Shown: positions 38,503 to 52,800 of the stretch, in pieces
Layout: every line of letters starts with the position of its first letter
Numbering within the stretch: the first letter of the stretch is position 1
Assembly (NCBI GenBank): GCA_002269645.1
Contig: NIVC01003593.1
Location: 1 to 58,736 of the forward strand
Reading direction: 5' to 3'
Length of the DNA stretch: 58,736 nt
Origin: Macrostomum lignano
Lineage: Eukaryota
Notes under the pieces: model-generated
The model's database searches: none
Seen by the model: only the letters and a program-made list of their open reading frames with translations
Told to the model about the DNA's origin: nothing
Made by a program: the position numbers and the translations under genes

Positions 38503-41500
38503 TTCAAAGCCTCATGAAATAGGGGAAATTGTTTGCAGAACTGATGTAACTAATAGAATTATAATCTTTAAAATAATGATAGGAACTATTTAACAGTAAA
38601 ACTGCCAAGGGGAACTGGAGTGGAGCAATGCACAAACACTAAATTAGAGAACACAGGCTAACTTTTTGTTGCATCTATTCTCAAACAATAAACAAATTGC
38701 CAGCTCTCTGGACCATCAAGATATTCAACATAACCCATGTGCCAAAAAGCACTGCGCCTCAGTGCAGCTTGGCCAAGCCTCCAGATTTCATCAACACGCT
38801 GATCACATGTCAGTTCTAAATTAGTTAGTCATTGACCTTTATCCAATGAAAGAACAATCAAAAGTGAATCATCGACATTGTCCTGAGGCTTCTACACATA
38901 GTCACCACTGCGCTGCACACACTGCTGTTCTTTCCTCAGCTTTCATGTTGCAGATGTTTAATTGATTTTTTGAATGTTTCGTTGTTTCGTGCATCAGGTA
39001 CAAAGCTTTGGTCTATGGCAATTTGTAGAAGTAGCACAGGGGTTGGGGCAGAAAAGTGCTCATATTTCAAGCATGCCAGCAGATACAAAAATAAATAGAA
39101 AGTCATTTTAACGGGCAGATAATTCTCTTGTTAACTGCTACAAAATAAATATTTCTGGTTGGTTAGAAAAGGCTGTAGCAAAGAAAGTGCACCGACTTTT
39201 GGGATACCCCTTGTAATTCCTGTTTTTTTATAACTGCAATGCTATCCAAAACTTTGATGCCAAAAAAATGGGATACTAGGTTGCATCCATTAAGTTAAAA
39301 ACTAAAAAATCCCAACTTCTAAATCTAAAATAATTAAATAACACACACTTATACAATTGTTAGTCAAGACAAGACAAGACAATCAAGTTGTCAATACCAA
39401 CTCATTGCTATTTGCAATTCACTTTTACTATTGCATTTATTAAACTAAGACATTAAATTTCTTAGAAAATATATGTATATGCCTACATACATGCGCAATC
39501 TATGAAATTACACTGGCCATGCAACTTAGTTGCTCTTGTTGCAACTTACCTGATCCTTTTTGCAACTTGATTTGCTTCTTTTGCAACTTGTTTTTCTTTT
39601 GCTTCACCATTTTTACTTCCTTGAACCACTCTTCTTTTTCTCTTTCCTCTTGCCTTTCTTTCTTAATTCTTGTGTTTTTTTTTTGTTTTTGGTTGACTCA
39701 ATTTTGCAACTTACCCCTGGTCCACTACAATTTATGGTGGCCAGATTGGCCAGGTTGGCCAGCAGTTGCACATGTATGTATGCCTACTTTATAAGTAAGT
39801 AGATAATAGTACCAAAGAAATGGCTCAAATGTGCTATCACAATAATATAGGGGCCTATATGCAGCTCAATATGCAAAAGTAAGCCACTAACTCTAGCTAT
39901 GCTACTACATATCATTGTAGATTCATAAATAGGTGAAAGTTAGTAATGGCCTACTAGGTATCAGGTGAGCCATAGTCAAGATCATGGCATGCCTATGCTA
40001 GAACAAATCTTATCAAAAGTTTGATTGCACCCTATGCTAGAACTTTTTTGCAAAAAACAAACACAAAAATCTATATTTTCCCTTTAAAAAATACGGTCAA
40101 TAAAACTTGTATTTGAATCTGTTTTGTATAAATACAATGTTAACCATTACATATTTTAATTGAAAAAGCCATCAATACACTGGCAAATGAAAAAGTTTTA
40201 ATTATGCATTAGACAATTCATTATTTGTTTTTTTATTTGGTGTTTTACAATATTTTAACACTTTTTATATTGAATTCCATCTTGGTTGAAATTGACTGTT
40301 TTCAAATTCTAGTCCCATTTTCAAAATTTTGAGAATTTCTTGAAATGATCCAAAAAGGCCAGTCTTGAAATTTCTAAGCAAGGCTCTAAGGCTTATCTAA
40401 TTGTCTATAGTCTTTAGACCAGTCTAGTCAATAAATGGGCAATCTTGGTACTCTCAATCATGGTACTAGATCTAATAGACAAGGTTTCTAAACATTTTGG
40501 CCCCAAAAATTGTTTCCAAATAAATTCTTTAAGATAAGTAGGCCTATTAAACAAGTTGTCAGCAAGCAATGCTATGCAAATGGTGTGCGGTCATTTTGTC
40601 TGCCACCTTTTTGTCTGCCGGCAATTGAAACAACTTTTTTAAAAGAAAAGTTAAGGTATAGCTACATAGCTAGCAAAGCTTATTTTTCATAACTAAATAT
40701 TGTGTCACGCAAAAAAGTTAAAGTGGGATGTCAGAAGTGTAATTTTGTTTATCGCAATATTTTAAAGAAATATAATATCAATTTTAAACATCCTTTGAAA
40801 AAAGATTATTATGGATGGATAGATGGATGGAAGCTGCAATTACGAATATTGAAGGCCAAGATAGAATTCACTGTTGAATGTGATCGGCCGGCTATTATGA
40901 GCATTGTTATGACACCATCCAATGATGATGCATTTTCATTATGAACAATTATATTCAGCTGACAAAATTCATATAACAAACAAAAAATTTAGCCTAGTGT
41001 AGGCCTACGTGTAGGCCTATACTACAGGTCCTTTAGGAAAATATTTTTTAGATTGTACGCTTGTTCTTCTAATGTAATGAATTCATTATCTTTTTAAGAT
41101 ATATAGATATTTTCAATATTATATGTACTGGTGATGTCATACTTAGGCCTAGTCTTAATATTTTGTGGTAGACAAAATGACTGCATTGTATTTTTGCAGA
41201 CGAAAGAATGGCAGACGAACTGGCAGCCAGTGTTCAGAGCGGGGGGTCCTGCAATTTTTCATGCCTGGGGTAAATTTTTGCGCCTATGAGTATGCCTAGG
41301 GCATAGTCTACTGTAAACAACAGGTAAATCCCGGTAGTGTTCAAATTTTAGCCCTTAAAATTATTTTCAGTGCCTAAGTTCCTGTACTAATTTCCGCAAC
41401 GCATTTTACATAAACAAAAATAAATCCACAGCTGGAAAAATGCAAAAATGATTGTAGGCAAGGACTCCATCATTTAACCCACATCCTAAACATGTGCCTG

Positions 41501-43314
41501 ACTACATTGCGTAGCACACAGTAGAATAGGCGATATATTGTACCGGAAAACAGCACTGACCAAAGCAAAGTAGTTCCCATGCAAAGCAAAGGACAAGCAG
41601 TACTTGAAAATTATGAGGGAACAAAGATTTCCTGTAGGTTGGTACTTATAAAACAGGATTCAACAAGCCCCTAGAAAAAGACAGAGCCTATGCTAAGGGC
41701 CTAAGCAAGAATGGTTGTGACAGAGTAAAGTCTGCAATTGATGAAAGGACAGAAAATACTTGGAGATGCAGTAAAGAAAGTGGGGGAACGCCGAATGGAT
41801 CAGGGAACAAGGAAGGATGAAGGAATGTTAACTGGCTGTGGCTTTAGTGGTGATCTTGGGAACTTGAATAAACCAATCTAACTGTGATTGCACCTTTGAT
41901 TCCACAATTATACACCGTTATTTTTGACAATACATAGGGCCTAGACATGTGACCTTGATGGAAAAAAGTGCACCAGTTTATAATCTACAACAAAAGTTAT
42001 AAAATCTTTTACTCTGGTTGTCTACTGTTGAGCTTGATCTTGGGCCTCAATTAATATACTGCCATCAAATCAAACCCCGGGGAAAGTGGAATGAAGCCTT
42101 TCATGAACTGCATATCCTCTATTCTACCTGGCAATTACATCCAACTTCCTTTTCTACTGGCATCTCATCTGGTAGACGGGCACATCACTGGTCTATTGCA
42201 TTTTCCTAGCTCAATCTTCTATAATAATGCATGAAACACACAACACAATATTTCCTTATATTATTCTTGTCCCCTTGGGGGAAAATAACTAGTAGCAACT
42301 AGGAAGACAACAAGGCAAAGCAAGTGGTAAAAGTACTGGAATGAAATAACACGGGACTTAAAAGGCAAAAAAAGTTTGGTATGCAGGCTACAAACATGGT
42401 TTATACAGTTTTGGAAATTTTAATAAACACAGAAGTGATAGACAAGTAGAAAAAAGCAGCAAAATTTGCTGTGTATATAGGCAATTAAATGAAACAGGGC
42501 TTGAAAATTCACGCCATTGAGGAGCCAAAAAATTAGCACCATGGCTTCAGAATTCGTGGATTTGCACCTGTCCGAGCCATTTTTGCGCCAAGCGCGAATT
42601 CGCTCCACATTCCGAACACTACTGGCAGCAGACAAACTGATCGTCAACCATGCAAATGCATATGCATAGCAAAACTTTGCCTTGACATTTCCCTAGGCAC
42701 CTTCAATGCTATTTGTGTACACTATTAGATTAGCATAGCAGGGTTGATAAAATGCAGAGTATGGTTTATTGTGGCATGGTTTGGTAGTGGTTATTGTATC
42801 TTGTATGCAGTATGCTGCCCATTCGTCAGTCAAAATCTGCATTCTAGGAAGCCAGGAAGGATGAATAATTGGCTGTTGAATAATTGGCAAAAGCTAAGCA
42901 GGATTTAATTTACTTAAAGCTAGTAGGCCTAATTTGACTAGCCTAGGCCCCTAGGCCTAAAGCCAGCTGAAAAAGCACTACCCATCATAATAAGCCATAG
43001 CAAGCTTATTGTTTTAACTGTCTTTTTTTAATCCATGGCAATGCCTGGAAAAATATAGGAAAAATTCATGGCATAATTTAAATTTAAAATTGATTAGGCC
43101 TAGGCCTAGGTAGGCCAAGTAATTTTGATAATACGAGCTATCACCACATACACGTGTAAACGAATTATAAGGCAACTAGGCCCTATGCACAATTTATACA
43201 ATAAGCACTAAATAATAAATATGCATACAAACAAAAACTTAATGCAGCGAACCAAAACTTGGTCTACACGGTAGACTCTACAGGTCCCTAGGCCTAACTA
43301 TCAGGACTGTCGAT

Positions 43315-43579
43315 GGGCCTTTTCATATTGCTTGCTCTGGTTCCAGAACCAGAACCAATTTGTGAAGTATAACTTTTTGTCTCCATAACTAGAGGGAGAT
43401 ACGTGCTATAAAGTTTTTATTATTGAATGACAATCGCCAAGAAGAAAGTGAAAAATTGTGCTAAGTTTGGTTGTTAAGGCAGTCAAATATTAACAGAGTT
43501 TAATAGTTATACTGCTGTTTTTCTTGGAATTCCGAACCGATTCTGGTTCTGGAATTGGTAATATGAAAAGAAAAGGCCC
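43315..43579. mobile_element. PIF/Harbinger-like MITE, copy 1
   Basis: Imperfect TIRs gggccttttcatatt.. / ..aatatgaaaagaaaaggccc with subterminal ttccagaaccagaa; 3-bp TSD GAT (43312-43314, 43580-43582). Superfamily inferred from the GGGCC terminus and 3-bp TSD. Confidence 0.65.
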
Positions 43580-44942
43580 GATGAATAAAATCACAGGTTT
43601 AATGACGTCTTAAATGCATCTCGAAAAAGGTGACAGTATAACTAATTCGAATGATTTTCCTACCTTAACATACCTTGCTATTGTAAGCCTAATTCTGTAT
43701 CCTGTATCTGTATTCTTTCTTTATTAATGAAATCCTAACTGTCCCAAATTTCATCTTATAGAAAATCGGAGCCCTGAGCCTCTTCACGGCAATTGTGGTA
43801 GTGGCGGCTACCACGAAAGCTGAAAGGAAACTGTGGTGAATTGAATATTGCTCATTCAAATTCCCCCTTAATAATTTGCTCATCGATTTTGCCTTAACTT
43901 TTAATATTCGTGACTATTTCTCTAATATTTTCTTTACTTTGATTGTATCTTCTCGTTGGCGTGATTTTCCGTCATTTTTCTGACGTCACGCCAATCGTTG
44001 GCCCAGGCGCTGCCCCACTCGGTGTTTTCACCCCCAAGTGGTGCCCCATCTGCGGCCCCAGGCGATGTAAATCTTCCTTTTGCTCATTTTGCCATTTGTT
44101 CAAGTTACGGTGGTGGTCAGGTGGTGGTAAATGTTCATTCCACCCACTGATTCCCTGGGTGCCCCGCCCCCTGGCCAGATTGATTATTATTTATATGGTG
44201 AAATGAATGCCCATTTCTTTAATCTTTCTTTCTCTCTCTCCTCTGGTTTGTTTTCCCTCTTGTTAATCCTCGCTCTCCCTTCTCAGCTCTTTAATTGTTT
44301 TCTGCCTTTTGTAACTCGTTTGTTTGTTAGTACATTAAACTTTATTTAGCCTATCCCGCACCGGCACGCCGGATTCATTATCGCGTAGGCCGGCTCTCAA
44401 AATTAGCAATAACTAAATTACTTATTCAGCATAAAGGGTTTTAAATAAACACAATTTAATAAAACCGACAGTTCGTTCATTAAGCCCATATAGCTTCATT
44501 TTGAGTCATTTGCCCGTGGGGCGTAAAACAACCACAAGTTCTCACCTCAAAGAAAGCTCTGAGAATTTCAACGTTCCGTAATACGTAAATTACGGTGGTG
44601 GCAGCAACTACCCTACTGACAGACGCGAGTTCAACACATCGACGCATTAATTTACGGAGACTGAATCTCCGGAGTTTCTACAGCTGAACGACCGTGCCGC
44701 TCTACGACCGCTCCGCTACGATTGCAACTACCCCTCCCCCCGGACTTGAGAACCCGGCAGCCCGAGTAAAAGGAGATAGTTTTCCAGTTGTGATTCGTCT
44801 GCGCGATTTTTCCGGTTTTATTCGTGCGAACTCAACGTTGGCGGCAATTCAGACGTGGAATCCGCCCTACCTCATCTGGTGTCAGCAAATATTTTAAAAC
44901 CCGAAAGTTCCAAGAAAACTTCTCCACCCCTACCTCACAATC

Positions 44943-45176
44943 GATTCCAGAACCAGAATCGGTTCGGATTTCCAAGAAAAAAAGCAGTATAACTTTGTTG
45001 AATGTTTGACCGCCTTAACAGCCTCACTTTGCACAATTTTTCACTTTCTTCTTGGCTTTTGCCATTCAATAATCACAATTTTAAAGCACTAATATCCCTC
45101 TAGTTTAGGAGACAAAAAGTTATACTTTACAAAATGGTCTGGTTCTAGAACTAGAACAAACAATATGAAGAGCCTC
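44943..45176. mobile_element. Same MITE family, copy 2, inverted and missing one terminus
   Basis: Its reverse complement aligns to 43315-43557 over ~235 bp (about 80% by eye). Confidence 0.75.
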
Positions 45177-48100
45177 ACTGATTGCCATATTTATTGTTAC
45201 TAAATTATGGGAGCACCCACAGAAAATAAATTAGTACGCATTACTGTAATGCCATACACCTAAATTCTATAATACATTTAGACGGCGGCTGGGTGAAGCT
45301 TTTCCACTTCACTTTTAAAAAATACTTTAGCGACATGTAACAAAAAAGTACACACCAAGTACCACTAGAGAACCAGTGATCCGTTGTATCAGTACGCACA
45401 ATTCGTCTTTTGATAGTCATGCGCTACTCAAGGACCACTGTATATAACTTTACTGTACTGTAACGTACTGTACTAACTGGTGGTCCTTGGCGCAACTACA
45501 TGTCACTACATAACACAATTAGTGTGGAAACCGAAAAAAGCTTTAAAAACTGAAAGCTGCATGATGTAGCTATTTTAAATTTCGATCTCAAACTGTATAA
45601 TGTTAAAGTTGAAAACAAACTTGAGACACTAATTGCAAATTAGAGATCGTGATAGTCCTAAAGCAGCTATTGTATTTGATCCTTATAATTATCTTCGACA
45701 AGATTCAAAACAAAAAATAATAATAACTTTTTAAATTCGTATACTTAAGACTCTGAGGTGTGAATTTTGAAAACCAGTAAATTTGTTATTTAAGTTTATT
45801 TTCGTTGCTAATATACTTGTAGCTGTAAAAAAGAATCAAGACCCGAGACCAGGCTTCTCTTTTAAAGAAAACAGATAACAAGAGCGGTACATTATGATAA
45901 GTAGACAGTAGACACGTAAAGCATACATGTGTATTTATTTATAAATATATGACGCGAAAATAATATATCCTTTGTACACAAAATGAATGCAGTCTATATT
46001 ACAATATCATGTGACTGTACAGAATGAACATGTGAGCATTTCAACTCTAAGAATATTTAACTGTTGGCATTCTATTATAGGTTATATGGTGATACTTTTG
46101 TTATGAAGACACGATTCAACAATATAGGATGATTGAGGATGCTCATGAACTACAGAGCCGAAACTCACTCAGATTCAATCACTCAATATTATAAGACAGT
46201 TAAGATATTCAATGAGTTTAAAGGGAAGAAAAACACGAACACAATGAGCGATCGAGGTAACAATTTAATAATGATATAAACAATAGCAATACAAATCCAA
46301 CAAATTAATTAGGCACATTGTAAGCTACAAATTGCGATAAGTTACCTGTGATATGATTATTATTAGTATGTCTTAACCACCATTATTTAAGCAGTTGTAT
46401 ACTACTTGTACATACCAGTAGTGTGGAGGCAATATCTAAGTAAAAAACGCGACACAAATAGACATACAATTCAGAGGCAGCAATACAATTTGAACACAGG
46501 TAGGTGCACACTACAAGAAAATGCAAACCAAAACTCAACACTGCAGGAAGAATCGAAGCAAGATAGTGAACTACAATGTAGCTGGTAACAACTGCAGACG
46601 CAGACAATTCATGAAGGTATGTGCTAGCTAGATATTAAAAAACCATGAAAAAACAGAGCTCACTCAGATTTTTTACTTTGCTACAACAATTAAAAGCGCA
46701 ATTGTTACATTTGCACACATCAGATAGATACTACTAAGCTCTAATTCAGTAGTTTATTTACATTGTCTTATCTTTTCTGCTTAATTAAAACTTACACTGG
46801 CCAAATTCGCACCACAGATACCACAATAACTAGATGGGCCGTACATTTGCGTGTAAGCTACTTTCAGTTCAGTAGTAAGTTTAACTGAAGCATTTAAATG
46901 TCTTTTTAAAGATTAGGCTCTTTTATTGGCTCTGGTCCCCAGCTTAAACCCTTGAACTCCACACAGAACCTCTACCCCTGCCCCGCCACCCAATTTTTAT
47001 TGCCTTTCTAGGAATTAGTCTAAATCTGCCATGTACATTTCCGTGGACTGGCCAATGTACATTATGGCTGAACCAAGTTGTTTACGCCTGCTAGCTTTGG
47101 GCTTCTAAATTTATCAAAGTGATTTTAGCTGCCTTCTTATAAAACAGCTTACATATTCTTCATTGCTACTGAACTGAAAGTAGAAAGCTGTTTTGCTAAA
47201 TATATATCTGGTTATACTAGTATCTGTGATTTGCACCAAGTTCACGAAAATTCAATTGAGAAAATCGTGCAAACGGACAGAGCTTGTCTATGGGCTAAAC
47301 CCTATCAGACACTAAATGTGTTTTAATTTTCGATAACGCTTTTTCAAGCTTGGTTACTTGGAAAGAAACGTGTTGAAGAAATGAAAATATGGAACATACA
47401 GTTACTTTCATCTATTAGTTCGCGATACTTGACACTTCGTGTTTGTTTATATAAAAAAAACTTTAACCTTGATGCGAACTTTCGAATCAAAGTCCACGAA
47501 GACGCACATTACTGCTCACATTGCAAATTGAAGCTAGCTTTCTAAAAAAACGATAATATAAAAATATATATAATCTATGTGTTAGCTAACTAAAAAGACA
47601 GGACAAAAATAATTTTGGCACATATAGTTTCTAACATTCATTCTAATTATCCTTATACCCAGTGATAAAAAGGTAAAAATAAATATATACGAGAAGTCCT
47701 GCGCTGCAGTATTATAAATATGATTTATCATTATAACAAACCCGATAATTACACGTATAAAATACAACTACAACATCAATGCATATTCAGATAATAAGAC
47801 ATAAACTAACAGACGAGTAGCGAAGTTGTTTGTTTATAACACAAATTCAGGCACTTTATTTACTATAAAGAAACTCTCAAAAGAACTATACAGACCCGAT
47901 GAGAACGGTACCCAGGCCAAGAAGCGTCCCAGAGTCGTTGCAGGTAACACAGGTGAAATAGGAAAGAACTGACTCTAGACGACTCTGAAATGACGAGATA
48001 CTCAAGGATCCTCAAGGCGTTTTATTGTCTGCGACTCTGAAACGACTCTGGGGCCGTAGAGTCGCATCTGAGACGTGCCAGAGTCGCTGCAGAATCACCG

Positions 48101-48372
48101 AGTTGCGTCTGAAGCGCATCTGCGTCACTTTATGAATCGAATCGCATTTCGCATTTATAAAACTCTATTCAGCCTACTTGAGTCAGTAGAAAGTTAAGAA
48201 GACTTTTGGACGACTTTTACTTTTAACGATTCTGCAACTCACGTGATGAGCTCGTGACTCAACAGTCGCTTTTGTTTGCAATGACACTTTAGCGATTCTT
48301 GTCTTAGTAGCGTTTCCAATGGACTATTAATAGTTTGCAACCCACGCACCAACAACAAACAAGAAAGTACTG

Positions 48373-49105
48373 TCAGTGCCAACTGGAATCTGTGAGCCCA
48401 GTCTGCCCGCGTCGCTGCCCAATGCCGCTCCCAGCCAGAAGGCATTGAAGCTCTTCGCCGTTCCTAGCGGCCGCCGCGACCGCAGCCTCGGCCTCATCTA
48501 CCGAAACAGAGTGCTGCAGGCCCGTGGGTTTCCGCTGGTGCTGCTGCTGCTGACAGCCGGGGCCGCCGCCGCAGCCGGGGAAGCCGCAGTTCGGCCGACG
48601 ACAGGAGGTCAGAGCCCTGTCGGCTGCACCGCCGCCGCCGCCGCCGCCGCCTGCGACTGAAACGGCGGTATTAGTGGCGTTGGCGGCGGCGGCTGCTGCT
48701 GCAGCTGCGGCGAGTACCATGTTGCCAATCTCGATGGCACTGTTGTTGCGATGGTGATGACCGTGCGGCGGCAGCGGCGGCGGCTGCTGGTGGGCATTCG
48801 ACCGACCTGAGGGGGGATACGAGTAGAGTTGAGTGACAGGAGAACAAAAAATAATCTGAGATTTCTTACTCAGCGTTGTGTATAAAATTTATAGATAGAT
48901 GGCACGCATATATACACGAGAGGTTAATCAGTGATGAATGGCAATCGCTTAAGACTGAAAGAAAAAGGAACACTATGTACTACTAATAGTGTTATAATCT
49001 GTGCCTTAATTTATATTTTTATCATCTAGTTACGGATAGCAATCTGTCTGTTTTCATAACTTCAGCATAACAGACAGACAGACAGACAGACAGGCAGACA
49101 GACAG

Positions 49106-49184
<79 letters not shown>

Positions 49185-49765
49185 GCGAGCTCACCAGATT
49201 GGTTTCGGGATCTGGAGCCGCTGCCGCTGGAAGCCTCCGCATTGCTAGCCGAAGCTCCCAGCCGGCCAGAGTGATGATGATGCCGTTGATGATGCGAGAT
49301 GCTGGACATGAGATTGGGCCCGCCGCCGCCAGAACTGGGCATGGGGAACATCTCCTCGGGCGGCTGGCTGGGCGGGGACTCCTCCAGGCAGGCGTACACG
49401 CAGCCGGGATTGTCCTGCAGCCGGTTGAGCACCTCGCTGATTAGAGGCCGCTCCGCAGGATTATAGCGCCAACAGTCGGTGACGAGGGCGCGCAGGGCGG
49501 TGCTGGCGCTTTCCGGGAAATGGTTCAACAGGGTGGCACCTCGTACAATATTGTGGCTGACCTGTAGGATGGGATAAGAATTACTACGAGATGTATATAT
49601 TCATATATCTATATATTACTGCTGCTTGATATGGGTAACTAAACTATCTCTATTTATCTATCTATGAACAATCATTCAATTACGTAATCAAACAATCAGT
49701 CAATCAACCAATAATCAATTAATCAATCACTAAATAATTAATCAGTCAACCAATCAATTAATTAG

Positions 49766-49807
<42 letters not shown>

Positions 49808-52800
49808 CTTAACATTGCTAAGCCTCTCTGACCCACAGAAGTTGCAGCAATCTTCAGACACCCGAGTTTACATACAGATTACTCAAATTTGACTACTGAA
49901 ATTTTGTCATGAATCAAAGGAGCAGATTTTGAGGAGCAGAAAACTTGCCTGCTGATGCGACAATTCGTAGAATGGAAATTTGCCAAACGTGACCAGTTCG
50001 TACAGTACAACAGCGTAGGCCCACACGTCGCTTTTCACAGTGTAGAAAGCGTACTGAATAGCTTCTGGCGGCATCCAGCGCATTGGTACGGCATTAGCCG
50101 AGCTCATTCGATAATAGTCTGGAGCGAATCTGGCTAAGCCGAAGTCGCCAATTTTCACCGTGTAGCTGGCGTGAATCAGGCAGTTGCGCAGGGCTAAGTC
50201 GCTAGAAAAGAAGTTTTAAAAAGGTTCTTTATAATTATACTGACGATACAGTCAAACTACTGTTAGCAGTCTGAACTGGTGTTAGAAATCGTAAAATATT
50301 TGCAGTAGGACATAGTTTAAAAACGGGACAATATTTGCTTTTACGCTACTGATAGTAGTTTTCAGTTGCGGAAATATCGGTAATTAGGCTAAGTTTGGAT
50401 TTTGCGGGATTTATTATTAGTAAAGAGCAGTTGAGCACTCGAGAAAAAGCATGCTGGGATGCAGTCTTTTGACTTAAAATAAGGGACTAGGACATAGAAA
50501 ATAGGAAATGAATATAGTATTAGAGGAGTCCTGCCTCTAAAATCAGGGAGTCTTGCTAAAGCATGGAGATAGAACTGGGAAATTCAATGTAAAACTTTTT
50601 TGTATGCTGACAATCTTATTATTGATAACATGTACTTAAATAAAACTAAGAGTATCAGGATTAGGGAGTATCAGGAAACCCGGTAAGACGTCCTGGGGAA
50701 TGAGTTCGTCCCGAATCGGGGATACCGGCTGAGTCCGGGTCCTCTTGTGCCTTGTGCCCTTTTCCCGACCCCTTGGCCCGGCCTCCAATCTAAAGCTGGA
50801 TAGGTGATACCCTTGTGGCTTGCAGCCCTATAGGAGGGTCTTGCAACGTCTACCTCTTGATAGGAGACTCGCCCTTGGAAACAAGCCTTCCAGCCAAACT
50901 CCAAAGTTCCTAACCATTGCTTTTTTCCGTAGACCTCTGGGGTTTCCCCGGTCTCGGACCGCTCTAAGTAGCAACAAAGCTTTTTCAAACCTTTTTTCGC
51001 GCGCACTCCCAAGGACTTGTCTGCTGGGTGGTGGCCTGGGTGGACTCAGTCCTAGCACCGTCCCTGATTCCACTGTTGGGTTGGCGGTGCCTTAGTCTAT
51101 AGGCTTGGGTTAGTAGTAGTTCACACCCAACCCTAGCCAAGACGTTAGGGTCTAACTAAATTTAGTGGGTATCTCAGGCTTAGGCCCCTGGAAGTGCCCA
51201 TCAGCGGCAGAGCCCCTCCCAGGGCTGATCCGCGGGTAGCAACAGCTCCCACCCCCGTTTAACAATAACAAACCCGGTAAGACGTAAAGACGTCAGTAAA
51301 GACGGTCTCCGACTGTTTTTACCCTGGCTGCCTCTCTGGCGGCATTTCTCGGGGTTGTGCGCAATCCAATTGGCCTGGCTCTCGCTAGCCCAATCCTAAA
51401 GAGTCTTCAGCGGAGGTGATGTAGTTATCTAAAAATAATCCATCTTTTTCGTACATTCCAATTATTTCGGCACTCGGCCTTGGTTTAGGGGGGTGTACCT
51501 GGAGTGAGTGCGTACTCTGGACGGGGGGGCATCACAAACCCGAAAAATCACAACTCCGAAAAGAGCTTTCCATCATAAACCTGAAATATCATAAACCCGA
51601 AATATCACAAACCCGAAATATCATAACTCCGAAAGTGTTAGCAACGCCCATCATAAACCCGAAAAATCACAAACCCGAAACATCATATCTCCGAAAACAA
51701 AAATAGCATTGCCCATCTTAAACCCGAAATATCACAAACCCGAAATATCATAACTCCGAAAGTTCTAGCAATGTCCAACACTATTTTGGTTTTCGGAGTT
51801 ATGCTATTTCGGGTTTATGATGGGCAATGCTATTTTGCCATTTTTGGTTTTCGGAGTTGTGATTTTGAAGTTTATGATATTTCGGGTTTATGATGGGCGT
51901 TGCTATTTTGTTTTTCGGAGTTATGTGATATTTCGGGTTTGTGATAATTCGGGTTTATGATATTTCGGGTTTATGATGGGAAGTGCTTTCGGAGTTGTGA
52001 TTTTTCGGGTTTCTGATGGCGACCCCTGCCTCTGGACTGCAGTGTGGCTAGAACGGGACTTGAGCCCCCCGGTCGCACCCGCCCTGCAGGAAAAAAATGA
52101 CCATTCACAAAGGTGTACGGTAGAGCCCAGTAGCATGCCAGCCCTGAGGCTGAGCCCCGGGTTTAGGGTTCAGGTGCTCCTCCCATTGCTTTTATCCCTT
52201 GTGTTTTATCTGGGCTGGCATCCCAGTTTTAATCCTTTGTGCTTTTACCTGGCATTAGTTTGCCATTCCCACATTGGAGTTATGAGCTCTGCCCTCCCTG
52301 CCCGGTCCATCTTTCTCTCCTCGGTCTACATGCTGGCTCCTCTGGTTGCCTCCCTGCCCTAGTGTCTTGGCTCTCATCCTGACAGTGGATTGGAGTCCTG
52401 GGTTGGATGTTCGTTCCGAATCGGGGATACCGGCTGAGTCCGGGTCCTCTTGCTCATTGTGCCCCTTCCCGACCCCTTGGCCTGGCCTCCAATATAGAGC
52501 TGGATAGGTGACACCCCTTGTGGCTTGCAGCCCTGTAGGTAGTCCTGATCCTGCCTGACAGGAGACTCGCCCTCGGAAACAAACTTCCAAACTCGCTCCA
52601 ATAATTAGGCCTTTTCCGAGACTTCAGGGTCTCCCCGCTCTCGGAACGCTTTTCAGTAGTATCCCAAGAATTTTTCAATCCAATTTCTTTTTCGCGCACT
52701 CCCGGGATTCGTCTGCTGGGTGGTGGCCTGGGTGGACTTGGTCCTTGCGCCGTCCCTATTTCCACTAATATTGGGCTGGCGGGTCTTAGTCCATAAGGCT

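Noticed and set aside
42420-42650. Degenerate zinc-finger or transposase remnant (minus-frame VCCQ*CSECG) and other short ORFs in 38.6-48.3 kb
   Set aside because: Short, stop-interrupted and without a recognisable family motif. A translated search would be needed.
45429-45489. Tiny inverted repeat caaggaccac / gtggtccttg as a MITE
   Set aside because: Only 10-bp arms, no clear TSD and a single copy in the window.
51205-51260. Hammerhead ribozyme in the retroposon 3' end
   Set aside because: It has CTGATC rather than CTGANGA, and no GAAA core in the right position.
51296-51322. Spliced-leader RNA gene (gtaaagacggtctccgactg resembles the 5' part of a flatworm SL as I recall it, unverified)
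   Set aside because: The ATG-ending 3' half, the following GT donor and a convincing Sm site are absent. An alignment to the species SL would settle it.
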